The translations under genes and the position numbers were made by a program. Below the pieces are notes generated by a model, which saw only the letters and a list, made by a program, of their open reading frames with translations, made no database searches and was not told where the DNA came from. 64,000 nucleotides of DNA, from positions 41,418,001-41,482,000 of the forward strand of contig CM052817.1 in NCBI GenBank assembly GCA_028534125.1, given 5' to 3'. This DNA comes from Lama glama (lineage: Eukaryota). Below are positions 1 to 12,129 of the stretch, one piece after another (position 1 is the first letter of the stretch; each line of letters begins with the position of its first letter).

Positions 1-1427
1 CTGGCAGGGTGATGGAATGGAAAGAACAGTGACATCTGACAGCGTCCCAAGACAGACCACGTAGTCTTGTTTTACTGGCTTCTTCATGCAACTTGCTGGC
101 TTGAGACCAGCCTGGAGATGATTTATTATTTGCTGTCTTTGAGCAGATGGTTCTGCCTGGCATCATGGCGCCAAATGAGCCCACTTAGGGGTACCCTGTT
201 CGCACAGACTGAGCAAAATCTGAAAAACAATTTGACCCACTGAAGTACTGAAACTACACAGGATTCTCAATGACCTTTATTTCAGGGAAATATTATTACT
301 GACTGATTAAATGAAACCTTTCCTATCTAGAGGGCTTTGTGAGGGGAGGAATCAGTTACAGACCATCTGGGTTTGGGAAATAGGACAACCTTGTATCTCC
401 AGTGAGGTCCTAATGGATTTAGTTCCTCTTAAATGGTTACATGGAAAGATAAATGTAATGAAGTTCAAGACAGGTTTTTGCTGTTTAAATGTCAGGGTGG
501 GCAAATAATAGTCCCCATCTAGAAGGCACAATACTCTCAAAGAGCCAAGTGAAAAACAATAATAGCAGTCGAGTTATTTTCATTTATCTTTTGCCACTTT
601 GGAGGTAAAGGTGTCACTACTTCTAATACAAATTGGTATATAATAACAATATAAACAACAAAGGAAACAAACCAATAAGAAAACCCAGCCACTATTCATA
701 AACAGCTCATGTTATCCTAGCATTGCCAGGTAGATATGGGTGTCCTTCTAAAATTTATAGCCAGGGCTGCCATTTATAGAGCTGTTGCTACGTGCTGCTT
801 CCACTTGCTGGGTCCGTGGCACCTGAGTGCCAAAACAGCTAACCCATCTCTAGTTACAGTATACAAGGTTGCCCCGTGGGATGGAATTATTTCCCAGCAT
901 TCTAGAACAATGTTGCCTTCTGGCTGGAAGTTATACTTGAGTAGATATTTAATGCCATTCTTTTATTAATGGACATCCACTGAATGATTACCATGAAGTA
1001 GAACTCATCTGGGCTGCATAAGAGCTCATGATTGAATCCAGGAACACAAGATTATAAAACTGCTTGATAAAAGCTGTGATACAGGCAAAGCTTCAGCCAG
1101 ATTCTGATATCAGGGACACACGGACGTGGGGGCAGGCCCAGGGCTGTGTGAGTGTCCATCCAGAGCACCAGCACATACAGAGCTAAGTGTATTTGCTTCT
1201 CCTGCTCTCCCCGCCCCTTGTACTCATCTCCAATATCGCACATAGACAAAGCATCATGGGCTCTCATCTTTTAATCCTCAAAATCATCACCTTTTTCCAC
1301 AAAAAAATTGTCCACCAGGCTACAAGCATGTCCTAGCCCTTGAACCCCCAAACCAATTTAGACCCCATGGAGCTCTTAGCACAACTGAAGGCACCAGCAG
1401 AAAGAGGCAGGACAGCCCTCTGCGGTC

Positions 1428-1570
1428 TTGCTGCTCCAAGTGTGATCGGTGGACCAGCAGCAGCGATAATCCCTGGGAGCTTGTGAAAAATGCAATGCAG
1501 CGTCTCAGCCCCTCCAACCTGTTGAATCAGAACCTGCATTTTAACAAGCTTCTCAGGGGATCAGATGCAC
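1428..1570. mobile_element. MER5A-like hAT-Charlie DNA transposon remnant
   Basis: Motifs ccagcagcagc...cctgggagcttgt..aaatgca...gaatcagaacctgcattttaacaag, recalled from MER5A. Confidence 0.7.
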
Positions 1571-2129
1571 TGGTCTTGGGCCTCCTAGGAGGCCGGGATA
1601 TTCCTCCAATAATGGAAACCTTCTAAGGCAAGCTACAAAATGCAGCCTGACATGCTGGGAAGCCACGCTGAAGATCTGGGACTTTATAGCAAGAGCAGTG
1701 AGACGATCTCTGAGGTAGAAATGTTTGGCGGCTTTTACAGGCCCTACGCACTCTGACTTTTGGAGGTCTCACTTCCACAACACATTAAGCAAGCATATTG
1801 GCATCCCATTCAAAATGCAGACACAAGTTCCTGAAAAAAATGAACAATTTTGCTGATTTTTAAAGTTGAGTTTTCATGTGGCTAAACTTATTTCTTTTGT
1901 TTTCTGATTTAGAATTGGTTGTACATGTATGTATAAATACACACGTACACTCACACGTACATGTGAATTGCTAGTTGGCACAACATCTTGCTCTGTAGCT
2001 ATTTAACTCAACGTTTTGTAGTTTTCTCTTTTGTAGCATGGAGCCAGTGATTTTTTTTTTTTCCAGGTCTCATATAATTCCACAGGTCTTGGCTAACACA
2101 TGGCCCTAAGCACTGTGGCTATGTGCCTA

Positions 2130-2975
2130 TCAGATGAATGAGCTTTGAGCAGAGAAGTGACAAAGCTGCTTTATGTTCTAAGAAGATCACTTTGATCGCA
2201 GTGTAGAGAACAGGCTGGAGGCTGGTGTGGGAGCAGGAGCAGCCACTGGGAGACGGTGCAGTGACTCTCACGGGGCTCAGGCAAGAGAAGACGCTGAGGA
2301 TGGTGATGGAGAGCATCTCCTGAACATTAGAGAGATGTGTGTGGCAGAATTGTCAGGACCTTGGGATGGATTTTTTATGGAGAATGAGGGAGAGAAAGAG
2401 ACAGAGATGACTCTTTAAATCCCAAACCGAGAAATCTAACTGGAAAATGGCTTATTTGTATAAGAGACAGTGAAGGAGTCATTAGTTCTTGGGGACAACA
2501 TGTTCCTCTATTTTTGGACATGTTGCTACTGAGTGACTTGTATCTTGGTCCCTGAGTGGAAATATCAAAAAGGCAGCTAAACAATCTGTTCTGGATCATG
2601 GGAGGAAGGCACCACCTGGAAATGGATATGCAGGAGTCACCAGCACGCAGATGGGGATGGAAGCGAGGGTGTCTCTGTGCTTTCTGTCTCTATTGCAGAA
2701 CTGAAAGGGGGACCTGCTTTTAAGAGGACGGCCACTTACAAAGAGGAAAGACAATCTTGCATGAGGCAGCGAGGCCTTTCAACATTTAAGGATAGAGACA
2801 GAGTCACTGGCAAGAAGGAGAGAAACTCTGGAGAACATGTAGTCATTGAAGCCGCTCTTAGGAGCAGTACCTGCATTCAGTGCTGCTGAGAGGTCAACTA
2901 AGACAGATGTATTTCTAAGGAAACTAGGAATTGATGATCTCAGGGAAAGTATTTTCAGTAGAGTGGTGGGGAGCG
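2130..2975 (-). mobile_element. L2 LINE fragments
   Basis: Purine-rich degenerate sequence with L2 antisense motifs (tttgagcagagaagtgaca...aagatcact, tttttggacatgttg). Boundaries approximate. Confidence 0.6.
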
Positions 2976-2986
2976 AGATTGCTAAC

Positions 2987-3469
2987 TGTGGTAGGCAAAA
3001 GAACAGCTCCCCACGAAGGCCACGTCCTAATCTCTAGAACCTATGAAGGTATTACCTTACATGCAAAAAGAACTCTGCAGATGTCATTTAGGTAAGGATC
3101 TTGAGATGAGATTATCCTGGCTTACTTCGGAGGGCTGAGTGTAATTCCAAGGGTCGTGATAAGTGAAAGAGGAAGGCAGGAGGGTCAGAGTCAGGGAGAG
3201 CTTTCAAGATGATGAACTGCTGGCCTTGAAGATGACAGGGACCATACACCTAGGGAAGTCGATAGCCTCCAGAAGGCACAGAGGCAACAGATTCTCCTCT
3301 AGAGCCTCCAGAAAGAACACAGCCCTGACGACACCTTGATTTGAACCCTGTGAGATCCTTTTCAGAGTTCTGACCTCAAGAACCATAAGAAAATATATGT
3401 GCGCTGTTACTTGTTTCAAGCCACTAAGTTTGTTGTAATTTGTTACAGCAGCATTAAGAAACTGATGCA
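2987..3469 (+). mobile_element. MLT1 (MaLR) solo LTR, MLT1D-like
   Basis: TG...CA ends, tgtggtaggca...ttaccttacatgcaaaaagaactctgcagatg, and the 3' aagccactaagtttgttgtaatttgttacagcagc signature. Confidence 0.8.
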
Positions 3470-3587
3470 CTGAAGGTGAAAGGAATGACAGAGGAAATGA
3501 AGACAGTGAGCGCAGGTGCTGGGAAACTTGAGGAGGAGCTGTGTAACACATAACGGAAGAAGCCCTTGCTTAAGGTGGGAGAAACTT

Positions 3588-3959
3588 AGAGACAAGTATC
3601 ATATGATATCACTTACACGTGGAATCTAAAAAAAATGATACAAAGGAACTTATTTATAAAACAGAAATAGACTCACATACATAGAAAATAAACTTACAGT
3701 TACCAAAGAAGAAAGGGGGGGAGACAGATAAATTTGGAATTTGGGATTAACAGACACACAGTACTGTACATAAAATAGATAAACAATAAGGACCTACTGC
3801 ATAGCACAGGGAACTATTTCAATATTTTGTCATAACCTATAATGGAAAAGAATCTGAAAAAGAATACATATATATGTATGTATAACTGAATCACTTTGCT
3901 GTACACTTGAAACATTGTAAATTAACTATACTTCAATAAAAAATAAAAATTAAAAAAAA
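3588..3959 (+). mobile_element. L1 3' UTR fragment (artiodactyl-type) with A-rich tail
   Basis: atcatatgatatcactta...ggacctactgcatagcacagggaact...aactatacttcaataaaaaataaaaa. Confidence 0.85.
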
Positions 3960-4441
3960 TCCTTGTACATGTCCCTCTGCAGACATGCGGAAATTTTCTG
4001 GGATATATAGTGCACTCAGAAGTAGACTTGCCAGTACATAATCTTAATTTGAGTAAATCATGCAAGATGGCTCTCTAGAATGGCTTTAGCAGTCTAATGT
4101 GCTACCATTGACCCAGAATTTAAGTTCCATGAGAACAGGGCCAATATTTCCCTTGTTCTGTTAGCACTCACTGTCCAAGTACAAGAAAGAGAAAGTGAGA
4201 AGTGGGCTCCCTTCAGAAGGGGACTTCATCTGACTGTTGCAGGATACAATGTTTGGGAGAAGTACCAAGGTTTAGGAAAAATGAACTGCATACCAAACTG
4301 AGTAAGAAGCAGGTAAAGGCAGGAAAGAAGGAAACAGAGGGTCAAGGAACTAGAGGTCACTTTAAGGTCAAAAACATATGAAGAGACAGTAACAGAGCAA
4401 ATAAACTTGAAGGATGGAAGGTGGTGGTCACAGAGTGTAAG

Positions 4442-4950
4442 GTCTTAGCTTAGTCTGGGTTCTCTAGAAAACAGAGACTGAGACAAAGCTCACTTGCTAA
4501 TTCTTAATTAGGGGTGTCATCCTAAGGAAGCAGAAGTAAGGGAAAAAAGGAAATGAGGGAGAGAAGGAGAAAAAGCAGGTTCATGGTGATGCATGACCAA
4601 TCTGTCCACAGCTTCTCTAGAATACAAAGCTGGTTGCTGAGTCATGCTTGAGCAGCCAGAAGTACAAGACCATGGCATCCTCTGAACAGCTCTTGTGTGG
4701 GCAGGAAGGGTGAGCAATTATCTGCTGGCTTCTTCCTGGCTCCTGTCTCTCAATGGTCAGAGTTGGCTCCACAGGGTATTAATTCTTCTGTATCTTTAGG
4801 GTGTGTTTTGGGGCCCTCCAGGCAGCAGCTTGGGAAGCCAGAACTTCTGTGGGTCCAGTCAGGTCAGACCTGGGAGCTGGAACCACTGAGGCTCCCCCTA
4901 CGATGGATGTTGTAGAGGCCGTGCTGGTCTGGTTCTCACTCCAGAGGAGG
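4442..4950 (-). mobile_element. Old ERVL LTR (LTR16/LTR33-like)
   Basis: gggttctctagaaaacagagactgagacaaag...cctaaggaagcag motif. Subfamily and ends uncertain. Confidence 0.45.
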
Positions 4951-5252
4951 CTGAGGCTGGTGACAGCATTTGTCCAGGCTTGACAATCATGGGAACAGCA
5001 TGAGGGGCTGCTGTGATCACTGTGTCTGAGAGGAAAGGCAAAGGACTAAAGCCTTGGGGGGTAGGCAGGGCTGAGCTGATCCAGGATGCACAGGCACTGT
5101 CTGCCTCCATGATTTTAGAGGAGATTCTGGGTGTAGCTGTGGCAGTGAATGCCTGACGCTGAGTGGACGTGAAGATTATCATGAGGTCTAAGGAGTTGAA
5201 GTGTTCGATGGATGATCCATGTTGATTTTGAAATAGAAAAGCATGGTGGGAC

Positions 5253-5802
5253 TGATACAGGAAAAAAAATGGGGCATGAGAGGATGGCCGTGTCCCAGGT
5301 CTTGGTCGAATCCCTGGGACGTGCCCCACCAAGTAAGGGTTCTTGGCTTTGCACAGTAAAGAATTCAAAAGTGAGCCAAAGTTGAGTAAAGGTAGATTTA
5401 TTTAGAAAGATGGACACTTCATAGATGAGAGTGGGAGCTGTCTCTCAAGGCAAGAGAGAGAGAGCGACCATGAGACACGGGGTTGCTAGTTTTTATATGT
5501 TAACAAGTGAGAGGCTTATTCCAACTACTTTGAGGAAGGGGTGGGGGTTCCCAGGAGTTGGGCCACCGTCCTTTCTTTGATCCTTCATGGTTAGCTTTGG
5601 AACCGTCATGGTGCTGTGGGTGTGCCATTCACCATGCTAGTATATTACAATGCGTATGATGCAGCTCAAGGTCCACTGGAGGTTGAATCTCCACCATCTC
5701 GGGCCTCCAGGTCTATTGGGAGCTGATTTTTCTTCCATCTCAGTGCTAATTGCTGTGTTATTCCTCTAATGGCTGTGTTCTGCCCCCTTCTTTCCTGTCT
5801 CA
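5253..5802 (-). mobile_element. ERV1-like solo LTR
   Basis: TG...CA termini with an imperfect inverted repeat. AATAAA on the minus strand (tttatt ~5397-5402). ggttcttggctttgcacagtaaagaattcaa motif typical of the ERV1 LTR U5. Confidence 0.7.
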
Positions 5803-6375
5803 AGATGCCAAACACTGTGAGCCGAGTACACAGTTAGTACACACTGGCTAAGCCTATAACTAGACAAACAAAATCACTATTTTGGAAAACCAGTGCACTA
5901 CGTACTGAAACTCAGTATATGCAGATAAAAACAGAAAACTAAATGTTTTTATATGTTGGTCTTTTGTAGTAAAATTTCCTATTACCTGCTCATTAATTAG
6001 GCAGATTATTAATTTCTAAATTGTGTCTTTATTCCAAACAATCATCTTTATTTCAGAAGGAAAATCAAGACCACATTTCAAATACTTTCTGTAGAATTTC
6101 AGAAATGTAACTACAATTCTCCTGGGTAATAAGTCACAACTGTACCCCTGGGATTTGGACTCACTAGTGCTGTGAGAGATGCAGTAAGGATGAATCAGCT
6201 GTGGACCATGTCCTCTAGGTGTTTATGGTCAAGCGGGGGAGATAAGAACTGCAGATAGATAACAATAATACAAAGTAGAAAGTGATAAATACTGGCAGAA
6301 GGGCTGAAATAAAGTGCAGTTCTGAAGAAAGAGAGTACCCCTAGAGGTGATGATTGAAGCTAAAGCAGGCGGAGA

Positions 6376-6440
6376 GGGAAGGAAGTAATAAGGAAGGAAG
6401 GAAGGAAGGGAGGGAGGGAGGGAGGGAGGGAGGAAGGGGA
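6376..6440. repeat. (GGAA)n/(GGGA)n purine-rich simple repeat
   Basis: Seen directly: ggaaggaaggaaggaagggagggagggagggagggagggagg. Confidence 0.9.
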
Positions 6441-8039
6441 TAAGGACAGAATCCTGGGAGAATTCAGAATGAATGGGAGTTGGGTAGAGGCAGGAGGGCT
6501 TTCAAGGAGAGCATGGACAAGAGACTGGTCAGGGACACATGTAGCCTCTGGTTGCTGCCTGGAGGGGCTGGGAAACTGCTCTACTGCATTGTGAGTTAAT
6601 GCCCGTGGGGCTCACCCTCCTCCCCAGGAGGGATCAGCAGGAAGGGATTTGGCAAATGAGAAGCCATTGTCCCCTTGACAAAATTCCACAAGAGTGGAAT
6701 GGAGAACAGTGCTCCCAGTGCCAGGCCTGGAAGATTATGTGATGTGAGTAATAAGCTCCCACAGGGTTCTTTGGTGAACAGTTTTTGTGGGTTTTTTGTT
6801 TGTTTTTTAAGAAACTAGAGACAGTAGTTTAAAGAGTGGAATTTTGTTTTGTTTTTGCATATTGAAAAGATTTGCGCTACATATGTTCTGAAGATACAAG
6901 AATTAATACAACAAAGTCCCTGCTCTGAAGTCCATTAAGGGAGAGGGCCAAGCTGACAGGCCTCTGGAACCCTGAGGGGTCACACAACTACCATGCTGTT
7001 GAATCAGGGAGACTTCATGGAAGAAATGAATGGCGAAGAAAGATTGTGGGCTGCAGAGAGATGAGACCAGCAGGAAAATGGTGATGGGATCAACTGGCCC
7101 AGTTTCAGAAGCCCACGGAGTGATGTAGGCTCCTGGAGAGCAGGAATGCCAAAGACAAGTGCTAGTATTTTTCTGGGGTTAAGTTTCGGTAGAGCTAAAA
7201 TGAAAGAAGGGCACAGTGATCCAAGGTTCTAGCTTTAGAAACTGAAATGGCTGCCCTGGGGTCAGTGTGGGGAGATAAACAAGATGCAGATGAATGAAAG
7301 AAAAAAGGAAGGGAGGGGGCAAAACCAAAGAGACACGGAAAATGAGTGGGACTGAGGATGGTGGCTTTGCCCCTCTCCCATCCTCAGAAGAGCTTCTTCT
7401 GGTGACAAATGGAAGAGAGCTCAGCATGTACCCTGGGGGGGCCATGGGCTGGGCTCAAATGTTGTGAGCACCAAGGCTGATCTGATGGGGTGGCCCAAGA
7501 GAAATGTGTGTGCAAGGGCAACTACAGAGTCTCCTGTCAGGGCATTTATCCCAAGAGAACAGGATTCAGACTAGATGAGCTTGAGCGAGAACTTCATCAT
7601 GCAGGGCCTTGGGAGTCTGAGCTCAGTTTGGAAGTAACCTGTTCCCAGCTCAGGCCCTTAGATGACTGTCCATGTGATAAAGAGAAAGCAGGAGAAACAG
7701 AGATGTCCGTAAAACACCAAGGCTGCTTAAGGACTTCTCTGGTGCCACACAAAGATGGACATTTTACTCTGCTCATCTCCATAGGCCACCTCCCAGCTGA
7801 CGTCAGGAGAACCCTAACACTCTGGTGACAGTGCCTGCCAGGGACCATGGCACTCAGTGAAGCAGAGGCACACCCAGTGTGCAAGGATTTATTCATGAAT
7901 GTGTGTCCTGCACTACCAGTGGGCCCAGAGGCACCTTGCAGAGGGGACCTGGTTGGGGGACTCTGTTCTTCAATCAATGGAAGGGAAAGGCCAGTGGATC
8001 TTGGCTTCTCCTTATCTCCATAGAGGCAAAAGTCAAGAT

Positions 8040-8190
8040 TTTAGGCTCTGGAATTAGACTGATTGGCTCTGCAACTCATTAGCTCTGTAAACTTGATCAT
8101 ATTATTTAACCCTTTGAGTTTGCTTCGTCAGGTACACTTAACATTTCGGGTTGATGTAGCAAATGAGAAACTACATGTTCACATTTAACC
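8040..8190 (+). mobile_element. MIR SINE fragment
   Basis: ggctctggaattagac...ggctctgcaactcattagctctgtaaacttg...ttatttaacc. Confidence 0.6.
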
Positions 8191-8499
8191 CATGAAACAG
8201 TCAGACCACACACTTGATTCCCTTTGTCTGAAAGTGCATCCTCCTCACTCCTTGTTGACTCTTACTCATCTTCAGTTTAAATGTCATTCCCCACCCCCAC
8301 CCCCCAAGAGGAGTCATCCCTGAGTTCCAGCAGCAGATTCTGGATTGGCTACCCAACATCCATGACCACCTTCTCCTTTCTGTTTAGGTAGCCACTCCTC
8401 AGAGAATGCAATCCTTAAAAGTTCAGAGGTGAATCCTGGAGAGTCTCAACCGATCACAGTAACGTCCCTCGATTCCCAGCAGTTAGACGTGGGTGTGTG

Positions 8500-8835
8500 C
8501 CTTAGTTTTGACTAAAGACAGGTGATGAGAAGTCACTGGAGGCTTCCAAGAGGGATTTTCCCACTCTTGAAAAAAGACTGTCTGTTACCACCAGGTGACT
8601 GACTGTCACAGAGGGGGCTGCTCCAGCCATCGTGGGGCCACGGGAAGGGCAGACCCAGGTCTAATGCTGGCATGCTGGAGATGGCAGGGCATAACGGAAA
8701 CAGCCCTGACATCACTGAGTTGCTAAATTCACCACATAGAGCCTCTTGACCTTGGGACTTCCTGCCATATGAAAACAATAAATTTCCTTATCATTTAAGA
8801 CATTTTAAGTTGGGTTAATTATTAATTCTAGCTCC
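8500..8835 (+). mobile_element. Old MLT1 (J/K-like) LTR fragment
   Basis: cctgacatcactgagttgct...ggacttcctgccatatgaaaacaataaatttcctt...tttaag 3' signature. Confidence 0.5.
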
Positions 8836-10085
8836 TGCATCGAATTTATGACCTCATCATTTTTGCTCTCATGGTATTTTCCTTCATAGCATTTATCACA
8901 TATATAGTTGCTTTTGTGTTTGTTTGATAACGGTGTCCCTCCCCTGGATTCTGAAGTGCCAAGATCACATGTTGATTTTGCTCACCGCTGAAAGCACCGA
9001 GCTTGAGGAAGAGAAGCACATTTGTGGAAAGAATGAATATAGAGCTCAAACATGGTCACTTTTCCCCTCCTTTTCCTCACCCCCCGCTCCTTGTTCTCTG
9101 TAATTCAGTATTGCTCACAGAGCACAGGATCCATCCCTGGGAAGGAACCTAAGTTCTCCCTCAAACTTGGACCCTGGGCAGCAGCCTGTACTACATCAGT
9201 GCCTTTCAAGATTTTACCTCAAGGAACAGTAAGAAAATACATTATTACCTGGTTGACCCAGTACACATACATTTACATATTTAACTGAAATGAAAGGCTG
9301 ATGGAATATATTTACTCGCACTATGTGTAATGTTTCTGAAATGTTTATCCTATTCTATTTCATTTAAAAAATGCATGCTCTGGCCCAATACATCAATTTT
9401 TGGATCCATTCATTATCAATGCACCGTTCCCCCCACCTCACCCAAGATGGACTGAATTAAATGTAATGGCTTTGAAAATGTCTGGTTTTCTCTTTTTTTT
9501 GTTGTTAAACTGTTCATAAACACTCAGGCCATCGACTTCAATGTCCATTATTACAGTGGCTTAACAATGGCTTATTTTCCCTTTCCCTGTGGAATTCTTT
9601 TCCATCCCCATCTCCTCTAATTGGGCTATTTTGAAGGCCTGCATAAAATGGAAAGACTCTGGCATCTGTTCATGAAAAAGTACTTTGTACGTCTGCTTAT
9701 TTTTTTTCGGTTAGCACACACATAAAAAAAACAGGATTACATTCTCTCTCCTTTGAAATGTAATGGCCCTATTCAACATATTTTCCGTGGGCCTAATTTC
9801 TATATAAGTTTATATATGTACTAGTGCAGACCGGTGTTACATGAGTCCCACTGCCACCATGTGGTTTAAAACCCCAGAGAGTTGGGTTCTAACGTTCTCC
9901 AGAGGCACAGTGAATAGACCCTCACTGTGCTTCCAGCTCCTCCACACAGAAACTACTCTTGTCTTTCGCGGATTTACCAGTGAAATTCCTCCGCAGGCAG
10001 GAGAAAAGGGGGAAAGCCACACTGAGATCTCACAACTCCAGGGCACAGCAAATAAGGCGGTGGGGTGTATATATATATGGTATGT

Positions 10086-10133
10086 ATATATATATATAAA
10101 CTTAGAAAAATATATATATATAAACTTAGAAAA
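10086..10133. repeat. Perfect 24-bp tandem duplication
   Basis: atatatatatataaacttagaaaa at 10086-10109 and 10110-10133. Confidence 0.95.
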
Positions 10134-10689
10134 CCATAATGTGAGCCTCGGGGTGGGGGGGTGGGGGTGTAATCAAAAGTCGCCCGGGAGAGCATTACCA
10201 GCTTGGGTGATCATGAAAGCTCCCTGCCAGAAGACCAACAGACTCCGTAGGTCCCTTGAAACTCGGTTCAAACCACTTGCCCCCAGCATCATGTGAATGA
10301 GCAAACTAGAGGCAAAGTATGGCTCCAGAGTCCGGGAAGCGCGCGTCGCCAAGCTGCTCTGGCCTCACGTGTCTTCTAGAAGGGCATTGGTGTGACAGAG
10401 AAGAGCACGTCCAGGGTACGTGCGCTTGTTTGTGCTCTGGGAGTAGAGGCGAGGTGGGAGGGAGCTTGCAGTGAACACAGACTAGGGTGGGGGTGGGGTG
10501 GAGGTAGGAGGGTGGAGATGGAGGGGGAAGAGGGAGGGGAAGGAAAAGATGAACACCTCCCTGAACTTTCCTCTCGCCTCGTCCCACACACTTGAAATAG
10601 AAATAATAACATGAAAAAAAATTGCTTACAACCACGATGTTATCTCCCTACTTAAGTTGTCTCACTCCGGAGGGGATGGGGTATAAAGT

Positions 10690-11620
10690 GCAGACTGCGG
10701 CTGTCGCCGCTAGCTTGTCTCGGGAGTAAAGGTTGGGGCGGTGTGGGTGCGCGCGCGGGTGACCCCACCTTCAGGGAAGTCGGCTCCCTGCTCTTCCACG
10801 CCATCGCCCCGGCTGACCCCTGCCCCCCTCCTTTTCCTCCCCTCCTCTCCTCCCTCCTTCCCTCCCTCCCTCCCGGCGCGTCTCCTCTGCACCGGCCCCC
10901 GCGGAGAAGCCAGGCGGCAGCACCCGAGCCGCCGCAGCTCCTGCCCGCAGCGCGCTCGCCCGCGCCCCCGGCTCCCACGTAGCGCGAGCGGCGGCGCTGG
11001 CAGCCCCAGGCCCGCGCTGCGCGCCCCGCGCCCGGCCCGGGTTGGCTGAGCTGACCCGCGCCCCGCTGGGGCGCCGCCGGAGGCTGGGGAGGGAGGGCGG
11101 CGAGTGAGCGGACGCGGAGACGCAGGGGCGGCGGCGCCCAGGAGACGAGCTGCGCACCTGGAAAGTTACCCGGCTGTCTGGTGAGGCTCGCGTGCGGGGG
11201 TCTCCGTCCGAGGGGCGCCGAGGGGCCGGGGCCGGGGCCGGGCTGCGCGCGGGTGCCGGCTGGGTGTGCGGTGCGCGCGGTGCGCCTCGGTTCCACACCC
11301 AGCAGCTCTCCTGCCTGTGCTGCTGGCGTGTGAACGCGTGCACGCGGTGCCTTCGCTCGGGGTGGCCGCCTTCCGTGAGCTCCTGGGGGCAGGGGAAGGC
11401 TACTGGATTTCCAGAAGCTCATCTAGGGGCGGGAGGGGCGAGCTCAGCTCCCGCGGGGAGTCGTTAGGTTCTCACGCCTTTACCCCGGGCGGCCGGGGAG
11501 GCTGCTGCCCTGGGCTGAGGGCTTGGCGGTCCTGTCGGGGCGTGCGCTCCCGGCTCCGCTTCGCCGAGCTCCGAGGAGCTGTTAGGAGACGAGGTCTCGG
11601 GCGAGGACTTCACGAGTCCT
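10690..11620. promoter_or_regulatory. PRKG2: CpG island / PRKG2 promoter
   Basis: Very GC- and CpG-rich stretch with GC-box-like motifs in an otherwise CpG-depleted window. TATAAA at 10682-10687. Lies ~9.5 kb upstream of the first coding exon. Confidence 0.9.
10715..11180 (+). other. PRKG2: Probable non-coding exon 1 of PRKG2 (TSS uncertain)
   Basis: ATG-free CpG-island segment ending in donor CTG|GTGAGG at 11180/11181. Exon 2 has an acceptor 13 nt before the ATG, so an upstream exon is required. The start is a guess from the TATA position. Confidence 0.55.
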
Positions 11621-12090
11621 TGTAAACTTGTGTGGGTGTCCTGTGTCACTCTAGGCACCGTGAGGCGCTTTCCCATTTCTTACTCTCTTTTTTCCCGGCG
11701 GTGAAGAAACAAGAGCAAACAGACAAAAACGAAATCAGTCACTGGGGATGAGAGAAAAAGCATGGGGTTCAAGTTTGAGAAGAACTAGGGTGCAGAGGCA
11801 CAGCAGGTGGGACCATGGCTCAGAATACGAAGAAACAACGCACGCAGAATGGACGGGGAGAAAGGATGACGCGTTGATCTTCATCTCGTTGCCGAAGTGT
11901 CCAGGAGCTTCTTTATAAAGGAAGAGAGCAGCACACACCTGCCTGCCTCCTCTTGTTCCCCCCCCCACCCCGCCTAGTTCCTTAGAAATTACTGTCTCTT
12001 TTCTTTGGAAGTTTCTGTTTAACTCTGGGAGGAGGCGATCGTCCCACACAACGGTAGCTGTCGCCGGTACTACAGTTTAGTTTTACACAG

Positions 12091-12129
12091 GAGGGTAGGT
12101 AGTCTCAATATGGTGGAGAATTCTCTTTG
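12091..12129 (+). other. Candidate alternative 5' exon of PRKG2 with in-frame ATG (12110)
   Basis: ttttacacag| acceptor, AATATGG Kozak, TG|GTGAGT donor, TATAAA at 11914-11919. In frame with ATG 20664 after splicing. No transcript evidence. Confidence 0.35.

Noticed and set aside
4898..5417. 156-aa and 100-aa minus-strand ORFs
   Set aside because: They span an LTR boundary and show no gag/pol/env motifs, so they are chance ORFs.
9841..10296. 151-aa plus-strand ORF upstream of the promoter
   Set aside because: Runs through a TA repeat and tandem duplication, with no homology or splice support.
10652..11422. 256-aa and 190-aa minus-strand ORFs and other ORFs over the CpG island
   Set aside because: Low-complexity Arg/Gly/Pro/Ala translations in several overlapping frames are expected from stop-codon scarcity in GC-rich DNA. 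No recognisable domain.
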